From NCBI RefSeq assembly GCF_006345805.1, contig NC_043007.1, forward strand, positions 54,064,001 through 54,128,000: a DNA stretch of 64,000 bases, in the 5' to 3' direction. This DNA is from Octopus sinensis (lineage: Eukaryota). The notes beneath the pieces are model-generated. The model ran no database searches. It was not told the DNA's origin and saw nothing but the letters and a program-made list of their open reading frames with translations. Positions 1 through 12,114 of this stretch are shown one piece after another. The position numbers and the translations under genes are program-made. Position 1 is the first letter of the stretch. Each line of letters starts with the position of its first letter.

Positions 1-236
1 ATTGATAAAAATGGTCATCAACCATATCCGTTGAGGGCAGATGTGATTAAAAATATGTCCCCTCCAACAAATGTATTTATCTTACAAGCTTTTTGGGACT
101 TGCAAACTATGACCAAATTTATATACCAAATATGCACAAGGTAAGAGTTCCACTAAATCTATTAACAAAAATGTAAAGTGGAATTGGTCTGAAAATTGTC
201 AGAAGATTCAACGAAATTAAAAGGATATTAACATCT
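1..236 (+). pseudogene. Gypsy/Ty3 LTR-retrotransposon pol relic, RT-RNase H connection region (5' part, interrupted by the LINE)
   Basis: Manual translation gives IDKNGHQPYPLRADVIKNMSPPTNVFILQAFLGLANY...PNMHK...KWNWSENCQ...ILTS, typical of the Gypsy post-RT region; frameshifted. The frame resumes at 4332. Confidence 0.8.
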
Positions 237-240
237 AGGT

Positions 241-362
241 AGGTAGATAAATAAATATAATTAGATAGATAAATTAGATATAATTAGATAGATAAATAAA
301 TATAATTAGACAGATATAAATAAATATAATTAGACATATAAATAGGTAGATAAATAAATAAA
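241..362. repeat. AT-rich degenerate tandem repeat at the LINE 5' end
   Basis: Repeated ATAAATAAATATAATTAGAT/AC-like units. Confidence 0.75.
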
Positions 363-420
363 ATATCTTCTTATCTTCTCTCAGCTATCAATCTCTCTTG
401 TCATAGATAGAATATCCAAC

Positions 421-1307
421 ATGTCCAGAGCCTGGAGATGTGACGAATTGGCGTTGTTCGTACGAGCCTGGAAATGCGCCAACAGAGATAACCCTAACAA
501 TGTGATTACAGCTGCGCTGAAGAGCGGCAGCTATAAAAGGACAATAGCTCAGATAGAGCGAAAGAAGCAGGAGTTCATACGCTCCTATGCGCTTGTACGG
601 TCGCACATTGGCACGTTTGATGCCATCTTTGAGAACGAGCAGGGCAAGGATGGAGACGCGGGTGGTGATGAAAGAAGTCACCCCCACCTGGTGGACACCC
701 GGGAAGAGGTTTTGAGTGAGAAACCTGCCCGGGAAGTGAACCCAAGTGCAAGTGCTCCTACCAGCAACAAAGGCCCAGGGAAGAAGTAGAGGGAGGAAGA
801 ACTAAAAGAAGGACTAAAAGAACTAAAGGAAAAGCTCAAGCAGGACAAAAGAGTGAAACAGCCAGGAATAGAAGTGGAACCACAAAGGATGGAAACAAAC
901 AACGCACACGGGTGTGTAGGTTCTACCTGAGAGGTACCTGCTGGCATGGAGAGGAAGGTGCAGGCTGCCGCTTTGCACATCGGGGACCCTGCCGCAGAGA
1001 CACGAAACAGATAAGAAACAAACCATCAACAAAAGGAAAAGGGATGGACCACGTACCACTTGCCCCAAAACGGAGGTACGCAGATGTAGTGCGTGCCACA
1101 AACCGCCAACATGATGTTGAAAGGGCAGCTGCTGAGCAAGAATCTTTTTTGTGCATGGCACAAAAGATTGTACAGCAGCTGACCTGGCTTCATCAAACCC
1201 AAGCTCACAGGTGGGACTACCCACAATATACAAGACCACCACAGCAAACAGACCCAAGATGGACACCGCCGGCAACAACATACACCTCACCTCGATGCTC
1301 CTACTGA
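421..1307 (+). CDS. LINE ORF1 with a CCCH-type zinc finger; one frameshift
   Basis: ORF 421-789 plus ORF 912-1307. The 912 frame has no stop back to at least 750, so one frameshift joins the two. Motif C-x7-C-x8-C-x3-H (CRFYLRGTCWHGEEGAGCRFAH). Confidence 0.65.
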
Positions 1308-4246
1308 ACATCAGAGGACTGCAAACACTCAGTAACAGGACAAAAATCCCGTTCTTGAGAGACTTTGTTGCATGCAATCAAGCCTTATGCATAGCACTTA
1401 CGGAAACGCACCTGAAACCCGACATAGCAGATGCGGAATTACACATACCACAGTATGTTGTACTACGGACCAACAGAAAAGAAAGGAGTCATGGAGGAGT
1501 TGCTATGTACATCCGTGAGGACCTCACACCCCAGGTCCTTTTGTCATACTCAAACTCGGTGTGTGACACACTAATTGTACATATAAGGCAACTTGAGGTA
1601 GTTGTGTGTGCTACATATCGCCCTCCAAATGCCCCAAGCCATGTAGGCAAGTTTGAAGACTGCCTTATAAAAATAGAAGAAGTTCTAATCACATTAGAAC
1701 AACACATAAGTGTACTTCTTATGGGAGACTTCAATCTACCCAATGTCAGATGGCCCGAGGGCCCTTCTCTCCCAGGAATGACAAGATGTGAACGGGGACA
1801 GGCGAGGTCCCTCCTGAACCTCATCAACACCCTGTACATGGAGCAAGTAATACTCCAACCAACCAGGGCAGGTAACACACTGGATCTCTGCTTCACGAAT
1901 AATATGGATCTCATCCATAATGTGAAAGTGACACCGACACTACTCTCGGATCACAACATGGTAGAGCTGACCATGTATGGGCCAAAGGAAAGCATGGACA
2001 TGCAGCCTACAAGAAACTCTCAGAATCTTTCCAGCTTGAACTTCCATAAGGCAAACTGGAAACAAATTGAGAAAGAGATCCTCAAACAAAACTGGCCTGA
2101 ATATCTCTCCTCGCCAGACATCGACGTGAAACTTCAACAATTCATGTCTGTAATGCAAGCCATATGCTACAAATGTGTTCCAGAGAGAAAGGCCACTGTA
2201 CACAAGAACAAAATCCCCAGAGAGAGGAAAATTTTAATGAGACGGCATACAAAAATTTCAAATCGCCTAAACAAACAAATTGAAAGCAGTGAAAAGTCCC
2301 GCCTGAAAATAAAACTGTTGGAAATTGAAAAATGTCTGCAACTCTCCCATGAAAAGGAAAGAGCAGACAAAGAAGCCTGGGCTATAGACAACATAAAATC
2401 TAACCCCAGAGCTTTCTACAGGTATGCCAAAGAAACAGCTACGATGCACTGTAGGATAGGGCCACTCCTTGAAAAGGATGGCACACTCACAGGAAAACCA
2501 ATGAGAGTAAGTGAAATACTGAATGAGCAATTCAAGAGTGTTTTCACTCCACCCCTTGGGCATTTCCAAATCATCAATCCAACTGACTTCTTTACCACTG
2601 CAGATATAAAATCAGAGGCGGCGACGATAGATTACATCGATATAAAGGAAGACGATGTAATAAAGGCTATAGATGAAATGAAAACAGACTCAGCTACTGG
2701 CTCCGATGGATTCCCGGCAATCCTCCTAAAAGTATGTAAGAGAGTCCTGGCAAGACCACTGCAGTTCCTCTTTCAGAGCTTCCTTGCAGCTGGCAAACTT
2801 CCAAGAAAACTGAAGGAAGGTAAAATATGCCCTATTCATAAAGGAGGTAGCAGAGCGGAGGCCAAGAACTACAGACCTATCTCTCTGACCTCACACATCA
2901 GCAAGGTCATGGAACGAATAGTCAGAAGGAAACTGATCACCTTCCTTGAAGAAAATGACTTGCTGCCCGACACCCAACATGGTTTCCGACCAGGGAGAAG
3001 CTGTTTAACTCAGCTCCTACAACACTATGACTGGGTGCTGAAACGACTGCTCAACCACTCAAATGTGGAAGTGATATATCTCGACTTTGCAAAGGCCTTT
3101 GATAAAGTTGATCATGGAATGATATGTCACAAACTGCGTGATCTCAACATAGTTGGAAAACTGGGAGAATGGCTTCATGACTTTCTGAAAGATAGAAGTC
3201 AGGTAGTAGGGGCCACTTCCATTAACACGCAAATAGTGAGCGGTGTTCCGCTGGGCACTGTCTTGGGACCACTACTGTTCATAATGGCCCTCTCAGACAG
3301 GCCCTCAGCCACGCAGAGAGCCACGATCACAAGTTATGCAGATGATACAAAAGTTTTACAGGCAATACAGAACCCTGAGGACACTAAACGCCTGCAATGT
3401 GAGCTGGACAAAATATACAAGTGGGCTGAAAAGAATAGCATGCAGTTCAATGCTGAAAAGTTTCAAGCTTTATACTATCAGCATGCAAAACTAAATGCAA
3501 TACCCAATGAATACACTGGACCCGGAGGAATTGCAATCCCAGAGGCACAATCAGTGCGTGACCTGGGTATTTACATGAGTGATGACGCAACCTTTCGTGT
3601 ACATGTTGCTAAATTGGCAATGAAATGTAGACAACTGGCCGGATGGATTCTCAGAACCTTTAGAAGAAGAGAACAAGAAACCATGATGGTCCTCTGGAGG
3701 ACACTTGTCCTAAGCCACTTTGACTATTGCTCTCAGTTATGGTCACCATCCAGTGTCAAGTTGATCACAGAATTTGAGGCGATCCAACGTAGCTACACGA
3801 AGAAGATAGCCTCTATGCAGAATATAAGCTACTGGGAAAGACTCAAGAGATTAAAACTATATTCCTTGGAGCGTAGGCGGGAAAGATATGCCATAATATA
3901 CATCTGGAAGATCCTGGAAGGACTTGTCCCAAACTTTGGCATCAAAAGTTACACAAATGCCAGAACTGGGCGCCACTGCGTGGTGCCTAGGACTCCAAAT
4001 TTGCCATCAAGATGTAGGACAAGATACTGTGATAGCCTGGGCTTCCGAGGCCCACAGCTCTTCAATATCCTCTCGAAGAACCTAAGAGACCTGCATGGGG
4101 TGGATGCAGATGTCTTTAAAATTAAACTGGATCTCTTCCTGTCAGGTGTCCCAGATGAACCAACTTCACGGCAGGAGGTGCAGATGAGGGCAGCTGCATC
4201 GAACTCTCTCATGCACCAAATGGCAGTTGCTAAAAAGCTTTCGTGA
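1259..4246 (+). CDS. LINE ORF2: apurinic endonuclease + reverse transcriptase (uninterrupted; likely ATG at 1259, frame open from 1151)
   Basis: APE motifs LLNIRGL, LTETHL, MGDFNLP, GNTLDLCFTN, SDHN. RT motifs YRPISLTS, QHGFRPGRSC, YLDFAKAFDKV, GVPLGTVLGP, YADD. C-terminal SLERRRERY typical of CR1/L2-group elements. Confidence 0.95.
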   Translation: MDTAGNNIHLTSMLLLNIRGLQTLSNRTKIPFLRDFVACNQALCIALTETHLKPDIADAELHIPQYVVLRTNRKERSHGGVAMYIREDLTPQVLLSYSNSVCDTLIVHIRQLEVVVCATYRPPNAPSHVGKFEDCLIKIEEVLITLEQHISVLLMGDFNLPNVRWPEGPSLPGMTRCERGQARSLLNLINTLYMEQVILQPTRAGNTLDLCFTNNMDLIHNVKVTPTLLSDHNMVELTMYGPKESMDMQPTRNSQNLSSLNFHKANWKQIEKEILKQNWPEYLSSPDIDVKLQQFMSVMQAICYKCVPERKATVHKNKIPRERKILMRRHTKISNRLNKQIESSEKSRLKIKLLEIEKCLQLSHEKERADKEAWAIDNIKSNPRAFYRYAKETATMHCRIGPLLEKDGTLTGKPMRVSEILNEQFKSVFTPPLGHFQIINPTDFFTTADIKSEAATIDYIDIKEDDVIKAIDEMKTDSATGSDGFPAILLKVCKRVLARPLQFLFQSFLAAGKLPRKLKEGKICPIHKGGSRAEAKNYRPISLTSHISKVMERIVRRKLITFLEENDLLPDTQHGFRPGRSCLTQLLQHYDWVLKRLLNHSNVEVIYLDFAKAFDKVDHGMICHKLRDLNIVGKLGEWLHDFLKDRSQVVGATSINTQIVSGVPLGTVLGPLLFIMALSDRPSATQRATITSYADDTKVLQAIQNPEDTKRLQCELDKIYKWAEKNSMQFNAEKFQALYYQHAKLNAIPNEYTGPGGIAIPEAQSVRDLGIYMSDDATFRVHVAKLAMKCRQLAGWILRTFRRREQETMMVLWRTLVLSHFDYCSQLWSPSSVKLITEFEAIQRSYTKKIASMQNISYWERLKRLKLYSLERRRERYAIIYIWKILEGLVPNFGIKSYTNARTGRHCVVPRTPNLPSRCRTRYCDSLGFRGPQLFNILSKNLRDLHGVDADVFKIKLDLFLSGVPDEPTSRQEVQMRAAASNSLMHQMAVAKKLS

Positions 4247-4331
4247 AGTAAAACCATGTAGCAACACCAAATGGCGGTGCCCCAGTATGGCCACAGCTCA
4301 TGAGCTGAAACTAGAATCAATCAATCAATCT

Positions 4332-5150
4332 GATTTGTCTTTAGCACATTTTTGATCTTGCAGTAGAGATTGTAATAGCTTCAGATGCCAGTGAGTACAG
4401 TATCAGAACAGTAGTTCTAGAGATATATGAAGATGGTAGCATGAAGGTCCTGTTTCATGCCTCAAATTCACTACTACTTGCAGAATAAAATTACAGCCAA
4501 ATTGAAAAAGAGGCTGTAGCAATTATTTTTGCCATAAAAAATTTCATAGATTTTTACACAGGAGAAATTTATTTTGGATATATTTCCCATTTTCATAATT
4601 TTTTTAGAAACTAGGCATCATTTCCTTGGAGAGGTGCACTAAAATTTTCCATTACAGACTGATGATCATCTTTTATTATCTATGTATAGGTCAAAAAAGG
4701 AATCCCTACCCATACTGCTAATAGGTTGCCATACTGGGGTACTGTAATTACTAAACTATGATTTTACGATGGAGTTTGTCCCATCTAAGAAATTAGGACA
4801 CGCTGATTGTTTATCAAGATTGATACTGAAAAATTCTGAACTGTTTGAGGATATTGTGATTGCAGTGTTAAATTAAAAATGTTTTATGTAATGTCATATG
4901 TGAATTTCCAGTTACATAACAGTTAAAGCAGAAAACGATGAATTTATTGAAAAATGAAAGAAATGCTGAGGGTAAAAGAGATAAAAATATGCATTTTGCT
5001 GACTGTAACACAAATTCGAACCTGTTCTCAATTTGTGACAATGTGTTAATATACACACAGAGTCGTAGTGCCAGCCACGCTACAGAAGTGATTACTAAAG
5101 GAATTTCACATTGGTCATCCAGGGATTTCTAGAATAAAATGATTAATGAA
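4332..5150 (+). pseudogene. Gypsy/Ty3 pol relic, RNase H and start of the integrase Zn-binding region
   Basis: DLSLAHF..IVIASDASEYSI..NYSQIEKEAVAIIFA..F.LQTD..TANRL..LNYDF.MEFVPSKKLGHADCLSRL..EFHIGHPGISRIK, with stops and frameshifts. Confidence 0.85.
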
Positions 5151-5869
5151 AATGGACTAATGCATTTCAATAAAATAAAGAAACTGTGTGAACTGTGAGT
5201 AGTTGACTAAGTAGTTGATACTGTTGATCATCTGTATTGGTTACTGTATTAGTTTAATATCATAACTACATTTTCAGTAGTATGGAGTGCATAATGTATG
5301 AACATACTAATTTTGTCAAAGGTTATTCTAGATAACCATATCCAAATATTTACTTGGGTAATGCTATTCATACACTCAATCTGCACAACTCACGTCATAA
5401 CACAAAAGAACCTGGGAGTGAACATCAAATTGGATTTTCAAGCAGTGAACAAAGAACGTGGCAAGAACAAAATCCATTGCTGAAAATTATCAGCTCTATT
5501 AAGACATGTAAAAAGGATACCTGATACTATACTCTGAAATTGCAGAGAGTCACTGCTCAAGAGCTTCAACGAAGAACTCTGCAAGGTCCTTCTGTGACTC
5601 AATCAAAATGATCATCTATTGTTGAACATCCTACCTGATTACTAGGAAAATGTCATGGAAGACCTTAAGAAATAGAGGTGAGCTTGCATAGAAGTTGCTG
5701 CTGACTTATTTGATATGAAGTATCATTAATAATGATTAAGAAGAAAGAAAATAACTTTGAACATATCCTTGGTTTTAAGGTAACACCAAAGATGTGTAAT
5801 TATGTATATGCTTGTATATCTATACATCTACATGTATGTTTAAATCTACCTACTACAAACTCAACTTCT

Positions 5870-6480
5870 AAAATATTTTTCGGTTTCATTAATATAATTC
5901 TAGTTTCTAAATTGAGTCCTTTCTGGTTTTGTGAAACCATGTTTCTCAAGAGAAGTGTTTAGGCAGTTACTTATGTAACCAAGTGTCCCAGTAATTACAG
6001 ATGTAAATCTTAAATTATAGTCTGGATGGAGTACCTTCAGATTTCTCATTTGTTCAGCAGAGCTGTTTACTTTGATCTTTAACATAATGTTAGTGTCTGC
6101 TGGGAAACTGACTTCTACTACAGTGCATACTTTCTTTTCTCTGTCCCAGATCATTGTCTGGTCTGTTATGCCTACATTTTACAGAGGTTTTGACAAGAAC
6201 ATTCCACCAGTATTCTTTCATATTATGGGTGAGTATACCCTCTACATCACTGTACCTTCTTATGTTTTATCTTCAGGACTATTTTTCCTATGCAGATTAC
6301 AGTGTATATTGTTTTGGCTGTGGCATTATTTCTCATAGCTAAATGATTACATCTTTGGACAGCTGCTTATGGTGTGACTTTATCTTTGGTGTTAATTACT
6401 GCCTATATTTTTTGTACATCAAGTATTTTGTTGGTAGTTCCTGTTCCTGGGTTTCAAAATTATACCCTTCAAAGTGAGAT
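5870..6480 (-). mobile_element. 3' relic of an R4/Dong-type non-LTR element (CCHC remnant + restriction-like endonuclease)
   Basis: Minus-strand ISSCPKM, EYWWNV, HNRPDxMIWDREKKVCTVVEVSFP (PD-(D/E)xK RLE motif). Confidence 0.75.
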
Positions 6481-6485
6481 CTAGC

Positions 6486-6711
6486 ACCGTAATCCCTCAC
6501 CATATCACGGTTTATTATTTAAGCTTATGTCAATTTCTCCATGGCGTTGTTTTGCATTATAATAAAATATATACAAATTATAAAAAAAAAAAAACAATAT
6601 AAAGTACAGTACTGTTTCTACTTCACAGATTTTCACCTATCACAGGGGTTTTTAGAACATAACACCTGCAATAGTCAAGGTATTACTGTATACTTGTTGT
6701 TCCACGATAAG
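6486..6711. mobile_element. Possible Tc1/mariner (pogo/Tigger-like) MITE remnant
   Basis: Imperfect terminal inverted repeats: ACCGTAATCCCTCA at left, CAAGGTATTACTGTA at right. Confidence 0.4.
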
Positions 6712-7347
6712 ACTACTTTGGTTATCTGTGTTACTGTCATCAGCTGAGAGAGAGAAATTTTTTGTCTCATTCTATTATTCTATTTCAACTTAATTGTCAA
6801 TCAGGGAATACTTTCTGAGACTCTCTTTTTCAGCTTGCATTATTCTATTTGCTTCATGTATACAGATTTGATCCATAGATGCAGTTCAGTGTTTCATAGA
6901 TGTTGCTGCCAAAAGGATATGGTTCAACCATCAAAGGCTCTTTGAATTAAAGTTAAGCTTCTGCCTTGCAGTTTTTGTTTTAGACTGATACAAACATAAA
7001 AAGTTTGGGTCTCATGTAGTATCCAAATAAATTATCCCAAATATTACTATGAGTATTGTAGGGCAAATTGTGGGCCACTGATTTCTTTTTATTCTTTGCT
7101 CATCATAGAATGTATTTTCATCTCTCCCAAGATACCTGTTGCTTTCCTCATTAAATATTGACAAAAATAAAGATGTGAGATTGGCTTGTTATTTTACCTC
7201 ACTTTTCAGTCAAGAACATTTACCTTAATTAAACTCCATTTCTGTACCCTTAGAGAATGACATAACCAGGCCAAAGCTCTTCTTTATACCATTCACATTT
7301 TTTAGTATACATTTTCAGGTCAAATGTTAAAAAAAGCTATGTATCAT

Positions 7348-7757
7348 AGGCACAGGAGTGGCTGTGTGGTAAGTAGCTTGCTTACCAACCACATGGTTCC
7401 AGGTTCAGTCCCACTGCGTGGCATCTTGGGCAAGTGTCTTCTGCTATAGCCTCGGGCCGACCAATGCCTTGTGAGTGGATTTGGTAGATGGAAACTGAAA
7501 GAAGCCTGTCATGTATATATATATATGTGTGTGTGTGTGTATGTATTTGTGTGTCTGTGTTTGTCCCCCTAGCATTGCTTGACAACCGATGCTGGTGTGT
7601 TTACGTCCCCGTCACTTAGTGGTTCGGCAAAAGAGACCGATAGAATAAGTACTGGGCTTACAAAGAATAAGTCCCGGGGTCGATTTGCTCGACTAAAGGC
7701 GGCGCTCCAGCATGGCCACAGTCAAATGACTGAAACAAGTAAAAGAGTAAAGAGAGT
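7348..7757 (+). mobile_element. tRNA-derived SINE (octopus-type), full length
   Basis: A-box TGGCTGTGTGG, B-box GGTTCAGTCCC, CTTGGGCAAGT core, internal (TA)/(TG) tract, LINE-like 3' tail, A/G-rich end. Confidence 0.9.
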
Positions 7758-9696
7758 ATCATGTTGGAAATTTCGGTCTTCTTGTGAGGTAATTGCATAT
7801 CCTTCAGATTTCCTCAATAAAAAGGACAAGTGGGGTTAACTGCAAGTTTAGAAATCACAGAGACCATCTCCTTGTAATATATTATTCTATCACTGGTAAT
7901 ACAGTCACTTCTATTTAGCTTCAGGGTGGTGACCCATGATGAAACTAGGTTATCTGTGGTCCTAATTGTCATCTCTGGAACTTTAGCAAATCAAAGAGCC
8001 TCTAGCACCTACATGTGGAGAATGCAACTGAAACATGAAACATCTACGTGTGGGGAATCCAACTGAAACCAAATTCTCACTATGCTTTGGACCCCTGACA
8101 TCACAGTTTTGTTAATTTGCTATTATTCCACACATACTCATACTTTTTTCTTCCCAGTTGCTTGTTCAGTTATGAGGACACTGTTACTATCATAGTGATC
8201 CTAGAATAACAGTTTCAGATAGGTGTACATTTTGTCTTATATTCTGGCTTGCAGTTAGTTGATATTTCTTATCTTATGAGTGAGGTTTTTTTCTTCTTCA
8301 AACTTGCTTTTGCCAATGTCAGCTACCTTAGTATACTTGTATCTCCATTGAGTGCTTGTTTGTAGCAGTCAATCAAATAAGCTCCTTCTTCTCACTCAAG
8401 ATTTTTCTTCAGAATTTCTCTCTGTCTTCCTGGCTTTCCTGTATAGACTTCATTCATTTTCCTCTCATTTCTCTTACAAATGCAGATAGATTTCATTTGA
8501 ATCTCTTATTTTTTTTCTCTTTCAGCTTTTAATTCCTGTTTGACGGTGATCAATTTATACACATGTACTCTTTTTACGCTCATGGTTTAATTTTTGTTGA
8601 TTAAGATTTGTAGTTATTTCTTTGCTTGATAATCTTTCAAAGCTCTATAACCTATTTTTCCCTTTTGTAAATCCATGATAACGTTTTCAAAATTATTTTG
8701 CTTTAATATATGCAATATACTCCTTAACAGTTATAGAAGGGGTGTAAAAAAATATACTTATTTGCCAAAATAATGGGGACAATACTGTTGTAAATATTTC
8801 CAACCTTTATCACTAATCACAGTCAATATCAACTCAACAGGTCTCTTAATCAATACTAGTCATATATACTTTATCATGTAGCAGAAGTTTTAAAAATGAA
8901 ATAATCTTTTTCTTGAAACATTTAATTAATGAAACATTTCAGTTATTTATGTTCTTTGCACATCTGTTTCATGATACATTAATTAATGAGGTGGCTCCTC
9001 TAGTCACAGACAGGTAAATGTTGAGTCTTACTTCCTGTGAGGAAACTTAGTAGCAGTTTTTCAGGTCTGTTGTCAATATGTTCTAGAAAGATATTCATTT
9101 ATTGATATCCTTGTTCACATTTTTAGGAATAAAATCAAAATCAACATTTCTCCTAAATGTTACTTGTTGGCATAATTGTTTTGTGGTGAAATAATTTAGC
9201 TCTTAAGTTCATCTCACTATATTTTCATTCTCTTCATATAGTCAATACAAAGTTAACATTTATATAATTTATTACTGAATCCATAACTCCAAGAAGAAAT
9301 TACATTATAGTTATTGTGTCATCTCTAACTACAACTAATAATGCATATTTACCTTTTACGTTATTTTCTTTTGTTCTTCTCGGTGTTGTTGATGTAGTTA
9401 TGTACAGCCATGTTTGTTTGTAAGTGAATCTCTGCATTGTGAATGAAGTTTAAATGGAATATCACTACAATCTTCAATAAAAGCTTTCTTCAAGTGTGGG
9501 ATGTAAAGAACAACCAAATATTTAACGAGGCTGATAATTGCAATATTAAAGTTGGAAACATAATGAATAGTCTTCTATGGCGAGCAGCCAGCTGTTCAAG
9601 CCAAGTGTGTATGTGTGTACATGAGGCTCAGGCATGGCTGTGTGCTTACAAACTAGTTTCTCAACCAAGTGCTTTCAGGTTCAGTCCCACTTGCAT

Positions 9697-11340
9697 GGCA
9701 CCTCTGTAGTTGTTTCTATCTAAGGCATCACCCTTACCCTTGTAGCAGCTGACTATAATACTACTACACCAGTCTTTGGGGATGATGCCTTCCTGAATAA
9801 CTTGGTCAACTATGCAAGTAACTAGGCTGTATCCCACACCTTCTGATATTTTAATCATTTCAGCAGTGCTACTCGATGGTCCATGGGCTTTCCCAGTTTT
9901 CATTTTCTTAATTGCCTTATTCTAATATACTGTTATCAACTCTGATGGTTGGTCCCTCGATTGGTTCAATATTTGAAAGCCTCTACTTTTCCCAGTTATT
10001 CTCAACATTTAACAACCTTCCATAATGGCATCTCCATGCATCTTTATTCTGATTCACTAAGCGCAAGCATACCATTATCCATTTGCACACATTTCTCTCC
10101 TACCTCATCTCTATTCTCTCTGATACACTGCTCTGCAATCCTGCACACCTCACACCTCTGATCATCATGCTGTAGAACATTGGCAAACTTCTTACCTTCT
10201 GCTATTCTTTTTACTGTGTAAACTTGTCATCTAGCCTCCCTTCTGGCTCCCTGATATAATACTTTACTTCCACCATTTTTCCAATCCTTCCAGGCCTGTC
10301 TCTTTCTTTTCCTTTTTTTAGCACGGTCCACCCCCTTGTTGCACCACCAAATCACCCTTGGCCTGGCTGGGACTTTACACCAACCACAGATTTGGTCAGT
10401 GGCACCCAGTAAATTTTCCCGCAGGAACTTCCAGTTGTCCTCTAAGCTATATGTCCCTTCCTCCTCCTCCTCCTCTCTATCATCATAGGCTTCCAGTAGA
10501 ATGTCTCTAAAATTTTATTGGTTTGCTGGGTCTTTGAGCTTCCATAATCTTCTTTTCCAGCATGGTTTATGTCTTTGATTCTTTCTAGCCCTAATTCAGA
10601 AGTCCCTAACTAGTAGCCTATAAGAAAGACTGGGTAAGACTTTGCATTTATGAACATCAGCCTGTCTCATTGACTGGTGAGGAGGTAATCAACTTGACTT
10701 ATATTTCCACCAGGCTGATAAGTAATTAGATGGCTGGTTGGCTTTCTAAAGTTCAGATCATGAGATAATTTGCATCATAGAACTCAAGTAGCTTTGTACC
10801 TTCCTCATTCCTGGGGCCAAAGCCATAACCACTGTGCACACCATGGAATCCATAGGGATGCTGCCCAACATATCCATTAAAGTTGCCAGCCACAATAGTG
10901 AAGACTCTATCAGTTGTCATTGAGGCAGTCTGCAAAAGAACCTTGTAGAATCAGTCCTTCTGATCATCAGCCAGCCCAACCTGTGGTGCATAGGTATAGA
11001 TAAATGTAATTGTTAATCTATTTATAAGTCTCAACTTAATAACTCTATTGCACACTCCTGATTACCTTATCTACTCGCTTTTCCACTAAGAGTGTGCTCA
11101 CATCACCCACTCTATCAGTCCTGCCTACCCAGAAGAATTTAAACCTCTGTTTCTTATCCGAGAGGAATCTAGCAGAGGCTCCTTTACATCTCACTTCTTG
11201 CACATCACATACATCAACATGGAGATGCTCCATCATTTTGACAATCTCAACAGATCTCCCCTTCATTGTGCTGACATTGATGTTTGCAACCTTAAAGATG
11301 TATACTTTGGAGGGACAACAGGAAGGTAAGAAGGGCACAA
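9697..11340 (-). mobile_element. Degenerate RTE-clade LINE (APE and start of RT), same family as 45727-49500
   Basis: ORF fragments 11045-11368 (NVSTMKGRS..DVQEVR), 10753-10935 (AGNFNG..YGFGPRNEEG), 9661-9903 (KAHGPS..YKGKGDALDRNNYRG). Confidence 0.85.
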
Positions 11341-11606
11341 AAGTAGTAATATATATCCATTCATACATATACAGTATTAACCGTATATGCTAATATACAC
11401 ATATATTGTTTATGTCTACATATACAAACACTACTCTGCATGGTATGAATCTTACATATTCATACATACAAACACACATATACACACGCACCCATATAGC
11501 CACACATATACACACGCACCCATATAGCCACACATATATACACATCCATATATATATATATATATTATATATATATATATATATATATGCATACTCATAT
11601 ACATGC

Positions 11607-11772
11607 AGGCACAGGTGTGGCTGCGTGGTAAGAAGCTTGCTTCCCAACCACATAGTTCTGGGTTCAGTCCCACTGCATGGCTGGCTCCTTGGGCAAGTGT
11701 CTTCAGCCATAGCCTCAGGCCAACCAAAGCCTTGTAAGTGAATTTGGTTGACAGAAACTGAAAGAAGCTGCC
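11607..11772 (+). mobile_element. SINE 5' half (copy 1 of 3 identical)
   Basis: tRNA-like head and core; identical to 11858-12023 and 14067-14232. Confidence 0.85.
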
Positions 11773-11806
11773 ATATGTGTGTGTGTGTGTGTATGTATAT
11801 ATATAT

Positions 11807-11839
<33 letters not shown>

Positions 11840-11857
11840 GCATACTCATATACATGC

Positions 11858-12023
11858 AGGCACAGGTGTGGCTGCGTGGTAAGAAGCTTGCTTCCCAACC
11901 ACATAGTTCTGGGTTCAGTCCCACTGCATGGCTGGCTCCTTGGGCAAGTGTCTTCAGCCATAGCCTCAGGCCAACCAAAGCCTTGTAAGTGAATTTGGTT
12001 GACAGAAACTGAAAGAAGCTGCC
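11858..12023 (+). mobile_element. SINE 5' half (copy 2)
   Basis: Identical to copy 1, 251 bp downstream. Confidence 0.85.
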
Positions 12024-12042
12024 ATATGTGTGTGTGTGTGTG

Positions 12043-12079
<37 letters not shown>

Positions 12080-12114
12080 GCATACATACATACATACACA
12101 CACACATGCACATA

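Larger units (their letters stand above)
237..4331 (+). mobile_element. Near full-length CR1/L2-group LINE (ORF1 + APE-RT ORF2, (AATC)n tail)
   Basis: Two ORFs and a 3' tail of AATC repeats (4315-4330). ATCT occurs at both junctions (233-236, 4328-4331). Removing the insert restores the Gypsy frame ILTS|DLSLAHF. Confidence 0.92.

Noticed and set aside
5280-5720. Sequence after the Gypsy relic that looks coding-like
   Set aside because: No recognisable motif in any frame I tried.
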